The notes under the pieces are model-generated. The model was given only the letters and a program-made list of their open reading frames with translations, made no database searches and was not told where the DNA came from. A program made the position numbers and the translations under genes. A stretch of DNA of 64,000 nucleotides from Bdellovibrionota bacterium. GTDB taxonomy: Bacteria > Bdellovibrionota_G > JALEGL01 > DATDPG01. Shown piece by piece: positions 38,401 through 47,279 of this stretch (its first letter is position 1; the number at the start of each line of letters is the position of its first letter). Location: NCBI GenBank assembly GCA_963668355.1, contig OY764265.1:2624001-2688000 (forward strand), in the 5' to 3' direction.

Positions 38401-38886
38401 ACCTCCTTTGAGTTTCCAAGAAAAGCTACCAAGCCGTACCTTTGCATTTCCGATTATCTAAATCCATCCCCCAAAGAAGATAATTTAGCGTTATTTGTCA
38501 CCACAGCTGGATCCAAAGCCTATCAGCAAGCGGAAATCTTCAAAAAGGAAGGACAATATTTGAAGTCCCATGTTTTGATGGCGATGGCCTTGGAAACGGC
38601 TGAAGCGATGGCGGAGTACATCCACAAACAGATTCGAGCCGCTTGGAATCAATCGGACCCCCCTAATCTTTCGAAAATGGACCTATTTAGAGCTCATTAT
38701 GCGGGGAAACGGTTTTCGTTCGGTTATCCTGCTTGTCCCGATCTAGAGGGTCAGGTCCCTCTCTTCGAATTGCTTCGACCAGAGGAAATCGGCGTCCAAT
38801 TAACCGACGGGTTTATGATGGATCCCGAGTGCTCCGTTTCGGCACTCGTTTTTCATCATCCGGACGCTAAATATTTCAGCGTTTAG
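35434..38886 (+). CDS. metH: cobalamin-dependent methionine synthase
   Basis: LDGAMGT, GLNC, GGCCG, GERTN..GSRKF, GDVHDIGKN (DxHxxG) and SFGYPACP. Confidence 0.96.
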   Translation: MNRQDRQSALREALKQRILVLDGAMGTALQARDLSPEDFGGPDFEGCNENLNRLRPNIIEEIHREHLQAGADIIETNSFGGTPIVLAEYGLESFSEEINERSAQLARTVSESFWTSQKPRFVAGSMGPTTKAISVTGGISFQELAENFFVQAKALHRGGVDYFLLETCQDTRNVKAALLGIQKLFDQGVDPIPIAISGTIEKTGTMLAGQTIEAFWASLAHLDLLYIGLNCATGPKFMTDHLRALSELSTFPVSCVPNAGLPNEDGCYLETPESVATLMKRFIESGWVNLVGGCCGMRAEHIRALSQTVGGKKPRTLVKKSFSFLSGIDFLEINEEKRPILVGERTNVIGSRKFKKLIEKNEFETATEIARKQIKNGAQIIDICLANPDRDELEDMESFLSFAGKTTRVPWMIDSTDEQVIRLAFEYSQGKILINSINLEDGENRFASIAPLIKQFGAGVVVGTIDDDPQEGMAISRTRKLEIAQRSYELLTEKYGLSPEDLYFDPLVFPCASGDQNFVGSAVETIEGLRQIKAAFPECKSVLGISNVSFGLPTSGREILNSVFLQHCTLAGLDLAIVNTQLLKRYPTIPKHEKELAENLLFNRGEDPISEFADYFREKKVSTHPIEKLPLPQRIPNYVIEGTKDGLIGDLNELLKEGKDPLQIINGPLMTGMDEVGRLFGRNELIVAEVLQSAEVMKTAVDHLKPHMKTNQVSSRGRMILATVKGDVHDIGKNLVEIIFSNNGFEIENLGIKVPPADIIAAAQRTQPDLIGLSGLLVKSAHQMVHTAEDLAAVSIETPLLLGGAALSHTFTRKRIAPKYKGPVLYAKDAMSGLELAKQMMDEEGRKNLLSKLQQEDVDSEISETTKENSSAPRRSDLQPISSPPEPWDYERHTVLGLTLHDVWPFLNPRMLLGRHLGLQNTSIRLLEEEAFEKLKETSKGKKALEIWNMVKGLKEEAVSQNWIQPKAVYQFFKANAEHERIHIHAKTSTSFEFPRKATKPYLCISDYLNPSPKEDNLALFVTTAGSKAYQQAEIFKKEGQYLKSHVLMAMALETAEAMAEYIHKQIRAAWNQSDPPNLSKMDLFRAHYAGKRFSFGYPACPDLEGQVPLFELLRPEEIGVQLTDGFMMDPECSVSALVFHHPDAKYFSV

Positions 38887-39653
38887 TAAACCTTCCTGCG
38901 TATCTCGTACATGCTCAGAAACATCATCCCCCCTAGAAAAAGGAATAGGATGATCAAGGAAATTCCTGTGGAGATCTGACTTACGACCTGCGTTCCTTCG
39001 GCATTCCAATATAGGCATTTTCGAACAAGATCCAACGCGTAGGTAAGCGGATTGATCTTCATGATCCACTGTACCCATACGGGAGCTCCGGATGGAGGAA
39101 AGGCAGCACCAGACAATAACCACATTGGAAAAAGAATGACGTTCAAAATGCCATGAAGGCCACCGGAGGAATTCACCCTCCAAGCCAGCCAAAAGCCCAT
39201 GGCCGTAAGGGACTGCCCAATCAAAAGAGATAAGAGTGAGATGAGGATGACGGGGACCAGTTGAATGTGAATGCCAATTAACGGAGCGGCCAACAAGAAT
39301 AAAAACGCTTGGATGGCCGCAACGAATGTTCCACCCAAACTTTTCCCCAAAACAATTTGCCAATCCGAAGTCGGCGCGACCAAAACATTCTGCATAAACC
39401 CGGCTTTCCGGTCTTCAATGATGGAAAACGTCGAAAACACGGAACTGAACAAAAGAATCATGAGCCATGTCCCGGGAAAGAAATATTCTAAATAATTCTG
39501 TCCTCCGGGAATGTCAGCCACTTGAAAAGATTTTCCTATTCCGGCTCCAACAAAAATCCAGAAAAGGATTGGCGTGGCAAAAGCGCCCATGACTCGACTT
39601 CTCTGCCGAAAGAAGGTCAACATTTCTCGCCAAAGCAAAACACCGGTCGTCAT
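38883..39653 (-). CDS. ABC-2 type transporter permease
   Basis: Six TM segments; Y..FFPG, IIEDR.GF..VAP, LSGA.FP and NPLTY. Confidence 0.9.
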   Translation of the reverse strand: MTTGVLLWREMLTFFRQRSRVMGAFATPILFWIFVGAGIGKSFQVADIPGGQNYLEYFFPGTWLMILLFSSVFSTFSIIEDRKAGFMQNVLVAPTSDWQIVLGKSLGGTFVAAIQAFLFLLAAPLIGIHIQLVPVILISLLSLLIGQSLTAMGFWLAWRVNSSGGLHGILNVILFPMWLLSGAAFPPSGAPVWVQWIMKINPLTYALDLVRKCLYWNAEGTQVVSQISTGISLIILFLFLGGMMFLSMYEIRRKVY

Positions 39654-40600
39654 GCTCGACCTCCTTTATCCAGAAGCATCCCCGTAGCTGCAAAAAAGAC
39701 ATCTTCCAACGTAGGCTTCCGTAAGTGAATGGAGTCTACATACTCTTGATGCCCCTCAAGGATTTGCAACATTAACGCCGAAGCATTTTCCGTTTCCATT
39801 CGAAGGCCCTCTGAAACGATTTGAGACTCGATGTTGTACTTTTCTTTGATTGTTTTTTTGAGTTCATCCGGACTTTGAGTTTCCAAGATTAACACGTCCC
39901 CAGAGACTTCCTTTTTCAACTGTTCTGGCCTGCCCGACTTCACCACCCGACCATGGTGTAAAATGACCACCTCATCACATAAATCGGCTTCATCCATGAG
40001 ATGCGTCGTAAACAAGATGGAGAGATTCCGACTTCTTCGAATTGACTCGAATAAATTCCACAATTCTTTTCTCGCGACGGGGTCCAAACCATTCGAGGGC
40101 TCATCCATTAAAAGAATGCTGGGCTCGGGAAGAAGGGCTTTCGCAATCTCAATCCTTCGACGATATCCTCCCGAAAGAACTTTCACGCGATCATCCAATC
40201 GTTTTTCAAATCGAAATTCTTTGGCCAAGGTCTCGATACGTTCAAGGAGTTCAGGTCCTCGAACCCCATACATGCGACCATGAAACAAGAGATTCTCTTT
40301 GACCGTGAGATCCAAATCCAAACTTGGGGATTGAAAAATGATTCCTAATTCTTTTCGAATCTCTTTGGCCTGACGTTTCACTGACTCTCCTTGAATCAAA
40401 ACATCTCCCCGCTGAACCGGAAACAGAGTCGTGATCAGGTGAAACAATGTGGTCTTCCCTCCCCCATTGGGTCCCAAAAGCCCGAGGAGCTCCCCTTTTT
40501 GAAGAGTTAAATTTACATCTCTCAGTGCTTCCTGGGTGCCATACTTGAAGTAGACATTCCTAACTAAAATGCTTTCGGGCGTTGGTGCCTCTTGTTCCAT
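39650..40600 (-). CDS. ABC transporter ATP-binding protein (DrrA-like)
   Basis: Walker A GPNGGGKT, LSGG signature, DEP..GLDP, TTH and PTLEDVF. Confidence 0.93.
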   Translation of the reverse strand: MEQEAPTPESILVRNVYFKYGTQEALRDVNLTLQKGELLGLLGPNGGGKTTLFHLITTLFPVQRGDVLIQGESVKRQAKEIRKELGIIFQSPSLDLDLTVKENLLFHGRMYGVRGPELLERIETLAKEFRFEKRLDDRVKVLSGGYRRRIEIAKALLPEPSILLMDEPSNGLDPVARKELWNLFESIRRSRNLSILFTTHLMDEADLCDEVVILHHGRVVKSGRPEQLKKEVSGDVLILETQSPDELKKTIKEKYNIESQIVSEGLRMETENASALMLQILEGHQEYVDSIHLRKPTLEDVFFAATGMLLDKGGRA

Positions 40601-40711
40601 TTTCGGAAAAACCTAACCTTTCCAATCTATTTGGTTGATCACACAACCATTTTTTCATATCCGAACGAAGGAATATAGGCGAAGCTAAATAGGAAAGGCA
40701 AGGTTTGCCCT

Positions 40712-42226
40712 GTGGAGAGGACTTTCGATCATAAATCTCGCTCGGAGATGTTCCGCCTTTGCGAAAAACTTCCCTTGGATATTGTCATCATTGGAGGAGG
40801 GATTACGGGGGGCGGAATCCTAAGAGACGCGGCCTTAAGGGGAATGAGGGTGGCCCTCTTTGAAAAAGAGGACTATGCCGAGGGAACGTCAAGTCAATCG
40901 TCTAAACTCATTCATGGTGGACTGCGTTATTTGGAAACATTTGACTTCCGTCTGGTCTTTGAGGCCTGCCGAGAGCGAAAGAGACTCCTTCAACACGCCC
41001 CTCGTTTGGTAAAACCGCTTCCATTTCTTTTTCCCGTATATAAAGGCGTCGGCCGAAGCCTGCCTGAAATTGCAGCGGGGGTATGGTTCTACGATTTTCT
41101 GGCCATGTTTCGGAACATCGCACACCCCAAAATCATGGGGCGGAAAAAAACCGTTCGACTCCAGAGAGGACTTCAAAACAAAAAACTCAGGGGTTCGGTT
41201 CTCTATTTTGATGCCTTGACGAATGACACAGAGCTTACCCTTCGAACAATCCAATCGGGCTGGAGACATGGGGGACTTCCATGCAATCATGCGGAAGTAA
41301 CGGACCTGCTTTTTTCAAAGAAACGTGTGGTTGGGGTTCGCGTAAGGGACCAACTTAATGGGAAAACCTATGACGTCCAATCTCGATGGGTGGTCAATGT
41401 AGCGGGACCCTGGGGAGATGGCATCCGGAAAAAAGTCCGAAAGAATCTCACATCCAAATTGCGCCCCACGAAAGGGGTTCATCTCCTGCTTCCTCAGAAA
41501 AGGCTCAACGTCAATCAGGCCATTCTTCTTCTGGCCCCTTCGGATCAACGGGTCATGTTCATCATTCCCTGGTTAAATCACACGATCATCGGAACCACCG
41601 ACACGGATTTTCATGGAAATCCGGACCACGTTTGTGCGGATGAATACGATGTGGACTACCTACTGGACGCCGCCAATCATTATTTTCCTTTAGCGAAATT
41701 GACTCATAATGATGTCATCAGCACATGGGCCGGTTTGCGTCCTCTTCTATTGGACCAAAGAGACAATCCCTCGGCCGTTTCCCGTGAACACGATATCTTT
41801 TCGGATGCAGAGGGCTTCGTCAGTATGGCGGGTGGAAAACTCACGACCTTTCGACAGATGTCCCAAGAATTGTTGGACTGGATCGTAGCCCGAACACCGG
41901 AATGGAAAGAACGCATCTCCGGGTGTCGCACGCATCAGCTACCTCTGGAAGAAGGGCTCCCCCTTCCCCCTTCCAATGACTTTTGGTCCAGAGCGGAGTG
42001 GTCCATGCGCCATGAAATGGCCTGTACCATTTCGGACATTCTCATGCACCGAACCCAAAAAGGATTCTTGGATCCCGAAGAAGCCGAAGAGAACGCCCAT
42101 GAGATCGGCCTGCGCTTGGCGAAATTGTTCAAGTTCTCCCCGGAGGAGATCGCCCGTCAAGAACGCGAATGCCAAAAACGTTTAAAAAAAATTCAATCGG
42201 GCATTCGAAAAAAGCCCTCCAAATAA
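40712..42226 (+). CDS. glpD: FAD-dependent glycerol-3-phosphate dehydrogenase/oxidase
   Basis: GGGITG, GTSS.SSKLIHGGLRYL, KGVH, GTTD, GLRPL, SREH and GGKLTT motifs. Confidence 0.88.
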   Translation: MERTFDHKSRSEMFRLCEKLPLDIVIIGGGITGGGILRDAALRGMRVALFEKEDYAEGTSSQSSKLIHGGLRYLETFDFRLVFEACRERKRLLQHAPRLVKPLPFLFPVYKGVGRSLPEIAAGVWFYDFLAMFRNIAHPKIMGRKKTVRLQRGLQNKKLRGSVLYFDALTNDTELTLRTIQSGWRHGGLPCNHAEVTDLLFSKKRVVGVRVRDQLNGKTYDVQSRWVVNVAGPWGDGIRKKVRKNLTSKLRPTKGVHLLLPQKRLNVNQAILLLAPSDQRVMFIIPWLNHTIIGTTDTDFHGNPDHVCADEYDVDYLLDAANHYFPLAKLTHNDVISTWAGLRPLLLDQRDNPSAVSREHDIFSDAEGFVSMAGGKLTTFRQMSQELLDWIVARTPEWKERISGCRTHQLPLEEGLPLPPSNDFWSRAEWSMRHEMACTISDILMHRTQKGFLDPEEAEENAHEIGLRLAKLFKFSPEEIARQERECQKRLKKIQSGIRKKPSK

Positions 42227-42287
42227 ACATCCGACACCCTTTGCGCTTTGCCTAGACATCCCTGTAGCACGTGTCTATAGAAGGCCT

Positions 42288-43208
42288 ATGTATTTTCGAT
42301 TTCCCGAAAATCGAATGTTCGACGTGGTGGGTGTGGGAAGAAACTCGTGGGATCGCATCTCCCTTCTCCCTGACTACCCTCCGCCCAACGCCAAAGTGGA
42401 AGTTCTGGAGCTCGTTCACCAGCCTGGCGGGCAAGTGGCCACTACACTTGTGACTGTGGCTCGCCTGGGGGGAACCACGCGATATCTCGGAAAATTTGGA
42501 GATGACGCTAGTGGTCGAGCCGTGAGAGGGGCTTTGGCCCATGAGGGCGTGGAACTTACCGAATCGCGTGTTCTTCCCGGAATCAATAACCAGACGGCGT
42601 TTGTGGTGGTCGATAAAACTCATCATACACGAACGGTTTTTGGCGATTTTGACGAACGGCTTCTTTTGGAAATGGATGACTTTCCCCAAGAAGCCATCAA
42701 TAGCGGGAAAATTCTTTTTCTCGGAGGACGCAACCCCTCAACCATGATTCCCTTTGCAAAAATGGGAAAAGAAGCCGGCTCCATTATCGTTTTGGATGCC
42801 GATGATCCAAGCGATGGGGCAAAAGAGTTGATTAGCTTGGCGAACGTTGTCATTATGCCTGAACCGTTTTTGTCCGACTTCACAGGAGAAAGGGAAACCC
42901 ACGCTGCATTACGTCGAGTTTCGCAACTGGGTCCGACGATCTCATGCGTAACAAAAGGACAAAAGGGGTCTTGCGCCCTGTGGCAAAAGGAGTATGTGGA
43001 GGTCCCGGCCTTCGACATTCGTGTCCTGGATACGACGGGGGCAGGAGATGTTTTTCAGGGGGCATTTTTAATTGGGCTCCTGGAAAATTTTGAGCTTCCC
43101 CATTTGTTAAAGTTTGCAAATGCTGCGGCAGCGTTAAAATGTAGGACACTCGGAGGACAAAGCGGAATTCCGCCCCGAGCTGATGTTGAAAAATTCATTC
43201 AAATTTGA
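42288..43208 (+). CDS. PfkB/ribokinase family carbohydrate kinase
   Basis: PGG..AT..ARLG, GKFGDD..G, TKG.KG and DTTGAGD anion hole. Confidence 0.9.
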   Translation: MYFRFPENRMFDVVGVGRNSWDRISLLPDYPPPNAKVEVLELVHQPGGQVATTLVTVARLGGTTRYLGKFGDDASGRAVRGALAHEGVELTESRVLPGINNQTAFVVVDKTHHTRTVFGDFDERLLLEMDDFPQEAINSGKILFLGGRNPSTMIPFAKMGKEAGSIIVLDADDPSDGAKELISLANVVIMPEPFLSDFTGERETHAALRRVSQLGPTISCVTKGQKGSCALWQKEYVEVPAFDIRVLDTTGAGDVFQGAFLIGLLENFELPHLLKFANAAAALKCRTLGGQSGIPPRADVEKFIQI

Positions 43209-43225
43209 TCATTTGAAAGGTGAAT

Positions 43226-44239
43226 ATGAGTATTAATGTTGGAATCATGGGTTTCGGCCGGATTGGTCGAAACGTCTTTCGGATTTTAAATGAAAGGGAC
43301 GATATCAATGTCGTCGCAATATCTGACCTCGCTGATCCTCATGCAGCGGAGTATTTATTGCGATTCGATACGGTTCATGGACGATTCCCTTACACCGTTT
43401 CTTCGAAAGAACACGAATTGTATGTCAAGGGTCGACGAATTCGCTTCGTTCAGGGAAAAGAACCTGGAGATATCAATTGGGGCGCTCTGGGCGCAGATAT
43501 CGTCATCGAATCGACTGGAAAATATCGGCAAAACGATCAGTTGCAAAAACATCTTCAAGCTGGAGCCAAACGCGTCATTCTAACGGTTCCTCCCAAAGAC
43601 GATGTGGACGCGGTTATCGTGCGTGGTGTAAACGACAAGGATCTGAAACCGGAGCATAAAATTGTTTCTGCCAGCTCGATCACGGCCAACTGCGTGGCCC
43701 TATTATTGAAAATTCTCAATGACGCTTTCGGAGTCAAGCGAAGCTTCATGACCACCGTTCATGCTTACACGAACGACCAACGACTCGCCGATGTTCCACA
43801 CACGGATCTTCGTCGATCTCGTGCGGCGGCAGAAAACATCATTCCAACCGATACATGGGCTCCAAAAGCCATCGGAAGAATTCTTCCGGAGTTGGAAGGC
43901 TGTCTGGCTGGAATGGCCATGAATGTTCCGGTTCCCGATGGTTCCAATGTCGATATGGTCACGGAAACCAAAGAACCCATCTCGGTCGAAGCCATCAACG
44001 AAGTGGTCAAGAGTGCCGCTGGAAGCACTTACCGCGGAATCGTTGAATACATGGACCAACCCATCGTTTCCAGTGATGTGGTCGGAGATAAACACTCTGC
44101 CATTTTCGACTCATTGGCCACACAAGTTATGGGTGAAAACCTCGCAAAAACGGTGTCTTGGTATGACAACGGATGGGGCTATGCCTGCCGGGTGGTTGAA
44201 TTAATTGAACGTGTCGCTGAATTTGAGGAGTTACGCTAA
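43226..44239 (+). CDS. GAPDH homolog with substituted catalytic residues (probable pseudoenzyme)
   Basis: GFGRIGR, ESTG, TVHAYTNDQ and WYDN are retained; the active site reads SSITANC instead of ASCTTNC. Confidence 0.88.
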   Translation: MSINVGIMGFGRIGRNVFRILNERDDINVVAISDLADPHAAEYLLRFDTVHGRFPYTVSSKEHELYVKGRRIRFVQGKEPGDINWGALGADIVIESTGKYRQNDQLQKHLQAGAKRVILTVPPKDDVDAVIVRGVNDKDLKPEHKIVSASSITANCVALLLKILNDAFGVKRSFMTTVHAYTNDQRLADVPHTDLRRSRAAAENIIPTDTWAPKAIGRILPELEGCLAGMAMNVPVPDGSNVDMVTETKEPISVEAINEVVKSAAGSTYRGIVEYMDQPIVSSDVVGDKHSAIFDSLATQVMGENLAKTVSWYDNGWGYACRVVELIERVAEFEELR

Positions 44240-45240
44240 TGAGTATTCGAATCGCAATCAATGGTTTTGGACGAATTGGGCGTTCTGTCTTTCGAATTCT
44301 TTTGGAAGAAAAGGACATCGAAATTGTTGCCGTAAACGACATTACGGACAATGAGACCCTCGCCTATCTGCTTCAATATGACACCGTCATGGGTCCCCTG
44401 AAACATAAGGTTTCCTTCGACTCAGACACCTTGAGTGTTGCGGGTCGAAAGGTCCAAATGCTTAGCGTGACTGACCCGGCTGAAGCTCCTTGGAAAAAGA
44501 TGGATATTGACATCGTCGTTGAAGCGACAGGTCGCTTTCGAACTCGGGAAACCGTCCAAAAGCATATTCAAGCTGGCGCTAAGAAATGCGTTCTTACCGT
44601 TCCGCCGAAGGATGCTTTGGATGCCATGGTCGTCCTGGGAGTGAATGACAACGAGCTTACGTCTGAGCACAAGATGGTTTCCAATGCTTCTTGCACCACG
44701 AACTGCTTGGCTCCGATTGCCAAAGTCCTGCATGAATCTTTCGGAATCAAACATGGCTTCATGACAACCGTCCATGCGTATACAAATGATCAACGGCTAT
44801 CCGACTTTTATCATTCCGATTTAAGACGGGCTCGGGCTGCGAATGAGAACATCATTCCAACGACTACGGGCGCTGCTCGCGCGGTGGGAAAAATTCTTCC
44901 CGCCCTTGCCGGAAAATTGGATGGAGCTGCCATGCGGGTTCCCATCGCAGATGGTTCCGTGGTGGATTTGGTGACCATTTTGGAAAAAGATGTCACGGCA
45001 GAACAAGTCAACGAGGCTGTGCAAAAAGCGGCCGAAGGCCCCTTAAAAGGAATCGTGAAATATTCCACGGATCCTTTGGTTTCTTCGGATATCGTGGGCA
45101 ACCCCCACTCTTCCATTTTTGACGCGCCCTTCACACATGTTCTTCAAGGTAACTTTGTGAAGACCGTCAGCTGGTATGACAACGAATGGGGTTATTCAAA
45201 TCGTGTAGTCGATTTGGTTAAAAAGCTAGCCAGCTTGTAA
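44239..45240 (+). CDS. gap: type I glyceraldehyde-3-phosphate dehydrogenase
   Basis: INGFGRIGR, SNASCTTNC, TTTGAA, RVP and WYDNEWGYS motifs. Confidence 0.96.
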   Translation: MSIRIAINGFGRIGRSVFRILLEEKDIEIVAVNDITDNETLAYLLQYDTVMGPLKHKVSFDSDTLSVAGRKVQMLSVTDPAEAPWKKMDIDIVVEATGRFRTRETVQKHIQAGAKKCVLTVPPKDALDAMVVLGVNDNELTSEHKMVSNASCTTNCLAPIAKVLHESFGIKHGFMTTVHAYTNDQRLSDFYHSDLRRARAANENIIPTTTGAARAVGKILPALAGKLDGAAMRVPIADGSVVDLVTILEKDVTAEQVNEAVQKAAEGPLKGIVKYSTDPLVSSDIVGNPHSSIFDAPFTHVLQGNFVKTVSWYDNEWGYSNRVVDLVKKLASL

Positions 45241-45253
45241 TACCTTTAAACAT

Positions 45254-45294
45254 AAAAACGCCCATCTCTTTGAAGAGAGATGGGCGTTTTTTTT
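45254..45294. terminator. bidirectional rho-independent terminator
   Basis: AAAAACGCCCATCTCT-TTGAAG-AGAGATGGGCGTTTTTTTT between convergent gap and deaminase genes. Confidence 0.9.
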
Positions 45295-45307
45295 ATTCAA
45301 GACTCTT

Positions 45308-45745
45308 TTAATTTTTTTCAGGTGTTAGGGAAACTTGTTCGAGTTCAATTCCCAATTTCTTTGCGACGTCAAAGATGCGTTCATCCCGATAAAATTCAAG
45401 AAAACAAATCTTTTTGATTCCCGCGTTAGCGATCATTTTAAAACAGTTCCAACACGGGCTCGCCGTTACATAGATCGTGGCATCTGAAATGTTGACGCCA
45501 TTTCGAGCGGCCTGAATGATCGCATTGGCTTCCGCGTGGATCGTCGCCACACAGTGTCCCTCTTCCATCATGTGGCCAATCTCAGAACAGTGTTCCAAAC
45601 CACGAATGGATCCATTGTATCCTGTTGAAAGAATCATCCGATCCCTGACAATGACCGCCCCAACAAATTTTCGATCACAGGTCGAGCGTGTAGCCACCTC
45701 TGTGGCAATCTTCATGAAATACTCGTCCCAACTGGCTCGCTTCAC
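45308..45745 (-). CDS. dCMP deaminase family protein (ComEB-like)
   Basis: RSTC...VGA, GYNG, HAEANA and SPCWNC Zn motifs. Confidence 0.9.
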   Translation of the reverse strand: MKRASWDEYFMKIATEVATRSTCDRKFVGAVIVRDRMILSTGYNGSIRGLEHCSEIGHMMEEGHCVATIHAEANAIIQAARNGVNISDATIYVTASPCWNCFKMIANAGIKKICFLEFYRDERIFDVAKKLGIELEQVSLTPEKN

Positions 45746-46935
45746 GAAATCACACCCAGCCTTTTCCCAACACGTTCAAAGGCACCCAAAGCTTTATCGA
45801 AATGTTCTTTTTCATGAGCTGCAGATATTTGAATACGAAGCCGGGCCTCTCCCTTCGGCACGACCGGAAACCCGAAGCCCGTAACAAAAACGCCTTCTTT
45901 CAACAATTCTTCACTCATTTGAATCGCAAAGGATGTTTCGCCCACAATGATGGGGACGATCGGAGTTTCCCCATCCAAGGGTTTAAATCCGCGCTTGGAA
46001 ACCTCTTTTCGAAAGTATTCCGTATTTTCTCTCAATTTTCCGATGCGTTCGGGATGAGCTTTCAAGTAGCGAATCGAGGCCAATGCCGAACCGGCTACTG
46101 CGGGTGGAAGCGCATTCGAAAAAAGTTGGGGACGAGAACGCTGCACGCAATAGTCCACAAGCGCTTTGGATCCGGCGATGAAGCCTCCAGCCGCGCCACC
46201 CAAGGCTTTCCCGTATGTTCCGGTGATGATATCGACTTCATCCATGAGACCATAGTGTTCGGCCGTTCCGCGGCCGGTTTTCCCCAACACTCCGGTGGAA
46301 TGAGAATCGTCCATGACCACCAAGGCATTGTATTTTTTGGCCAGATCACAAATGTCTGGAAGCTTTGCGATATGTCCTTCCATGGAAAATACGCCATCCG
46401 TTACGATCATCTTGGTTCGCGCACCTTCATGCTCTTCCAAAAGTTTCTTAAGAGCATCCATATCATCGTGAGGATAAATGCCTTTGGCGACTTTCCGGGT
46501 CAAACGAATGCCGTCGATCAAAGAAGCATGATTCAAGGAATCGGAAATGATCGCATCGCCTTCGCTCATGAAGGTGGAAAACAAAGCTTCATTGGCATTC
46601 CAACAAGAAGTATAAGTGGTCGCGGCTTCCTTCCCCAAAAATTCGGCGGTTTCGTTCTCAAGCTCTTCATGAATTCCCAGAGTTCCGCAAATGAAGCGAA
46701 CCGAGGCGGTTCCATTCCCATATTGATCAATGGCATCATGGGAAGCTTTCCGAATTTCTTCCATGGCTGAAAAACCCAAGTAATTATTGGAAGACAATAC
46801 AATGACATCCCCTTTTCCTCTCATGGGGACGACCGGAGCTTGTGGGCCTTCTAAAAAATTGAGCGATTTATACACACCATCTTTTCGAAACTGCTCCAAC
46901 TCTGATTGAATTCGATCCTGAAATTTTTGATCCAT
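45742..46935 (-). CDS. kbl: glycine C-acetyltransferase (2-amino-3-ketobutyrate CoA ligase)
   Basis: SNNYLG, ASVRFICGT, LNHASLIDG, DGVFSM.G, DDSH, GTYGKALGG, FSN.L and ARLRIQISAAH. Confidence 0.9.
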   Translation of the reverse strand: MDQKFQDRIQSELEQFRKDGVYKSLNFLEGPQAPVVPMRGKGDVIVLSSNNYLGFSAMEEIRKASHDAIDQYGNGTASVRFICGTLGIHEELENETAEFLGKEAATTYTSCWNANEALFSTFMSEGDAIISDSLNHASLIDGIRLTRKVAKGIYPHDDMDALKKLLEEHEGARTKMIVTDGVFSMEGHIAKLPDICDLAKKYNALVVMDDSHSTGVLGKTGRGTAEHYGLMDEVDIITGTYGKALGGAAGGFIAGSKALVDYCVQRSRPQLFSNALPPAVAGSALASIRYLKAHPERIGKLRENTEYFRKEVSKRGFKPLDGETPIVPIIVGETSFAIQMSEELLKEGVFVTGFGFPVVPKGEARLRIQISAAHEKEHFDKALGAFERVGKRLGVIS

Positions 46936-47078
46936 AACCTTCTCCCAACAATCCTGACTATTTTTCCAAAACCGCGCGGAGTATAGCACTCCTCTTTAAC
47001 CCCGCAATGAAATGCCCCCAGTAAAAAAGTTGCTATCTTGCCTTCTTACTTAGGCGGGAATCCACGAGAATGCGATAT

Positions 47079-47166
47079 AATGTCCTTTCCCAAAGCGTGA
47101 GGAAGCCCCAGAATCCATGCATAAAAAATGCTGGGGCTGAGTCCCGAGCGAGGTGAGGCGTCTTTG
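47079..47166. repeat. truncated copy of the structured palindromic element
   Basis: 47084-47152 is identical over 69 bp to 49163-49231, followed by an internally deleted GAGGCG..TCTTTG tail. Confidence 0.9.
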
Positions 47167-47279
47167 TCCGAAAATCGAAGATTTCCTAACGGAACAGCTC
47201 AGTCTGAGCAAAAACATGGGGAGGTGTTCCCTCTCTCCATATCGGGGTTTTTAGAAAACCTTCTTTGATGCAATGACCG

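Noticed and set aside
43226..44239. Erythrose-4-phosphate dehydrogenase (epd) call for the first GAPDH copy
   Set aside because: Epd keeps the catalytic Cys; this copy has Ile.
45802..46770. 322-aa plus-strand ORF
   Set aside because: Antisense shadow of kbl with no recognisable motifs.
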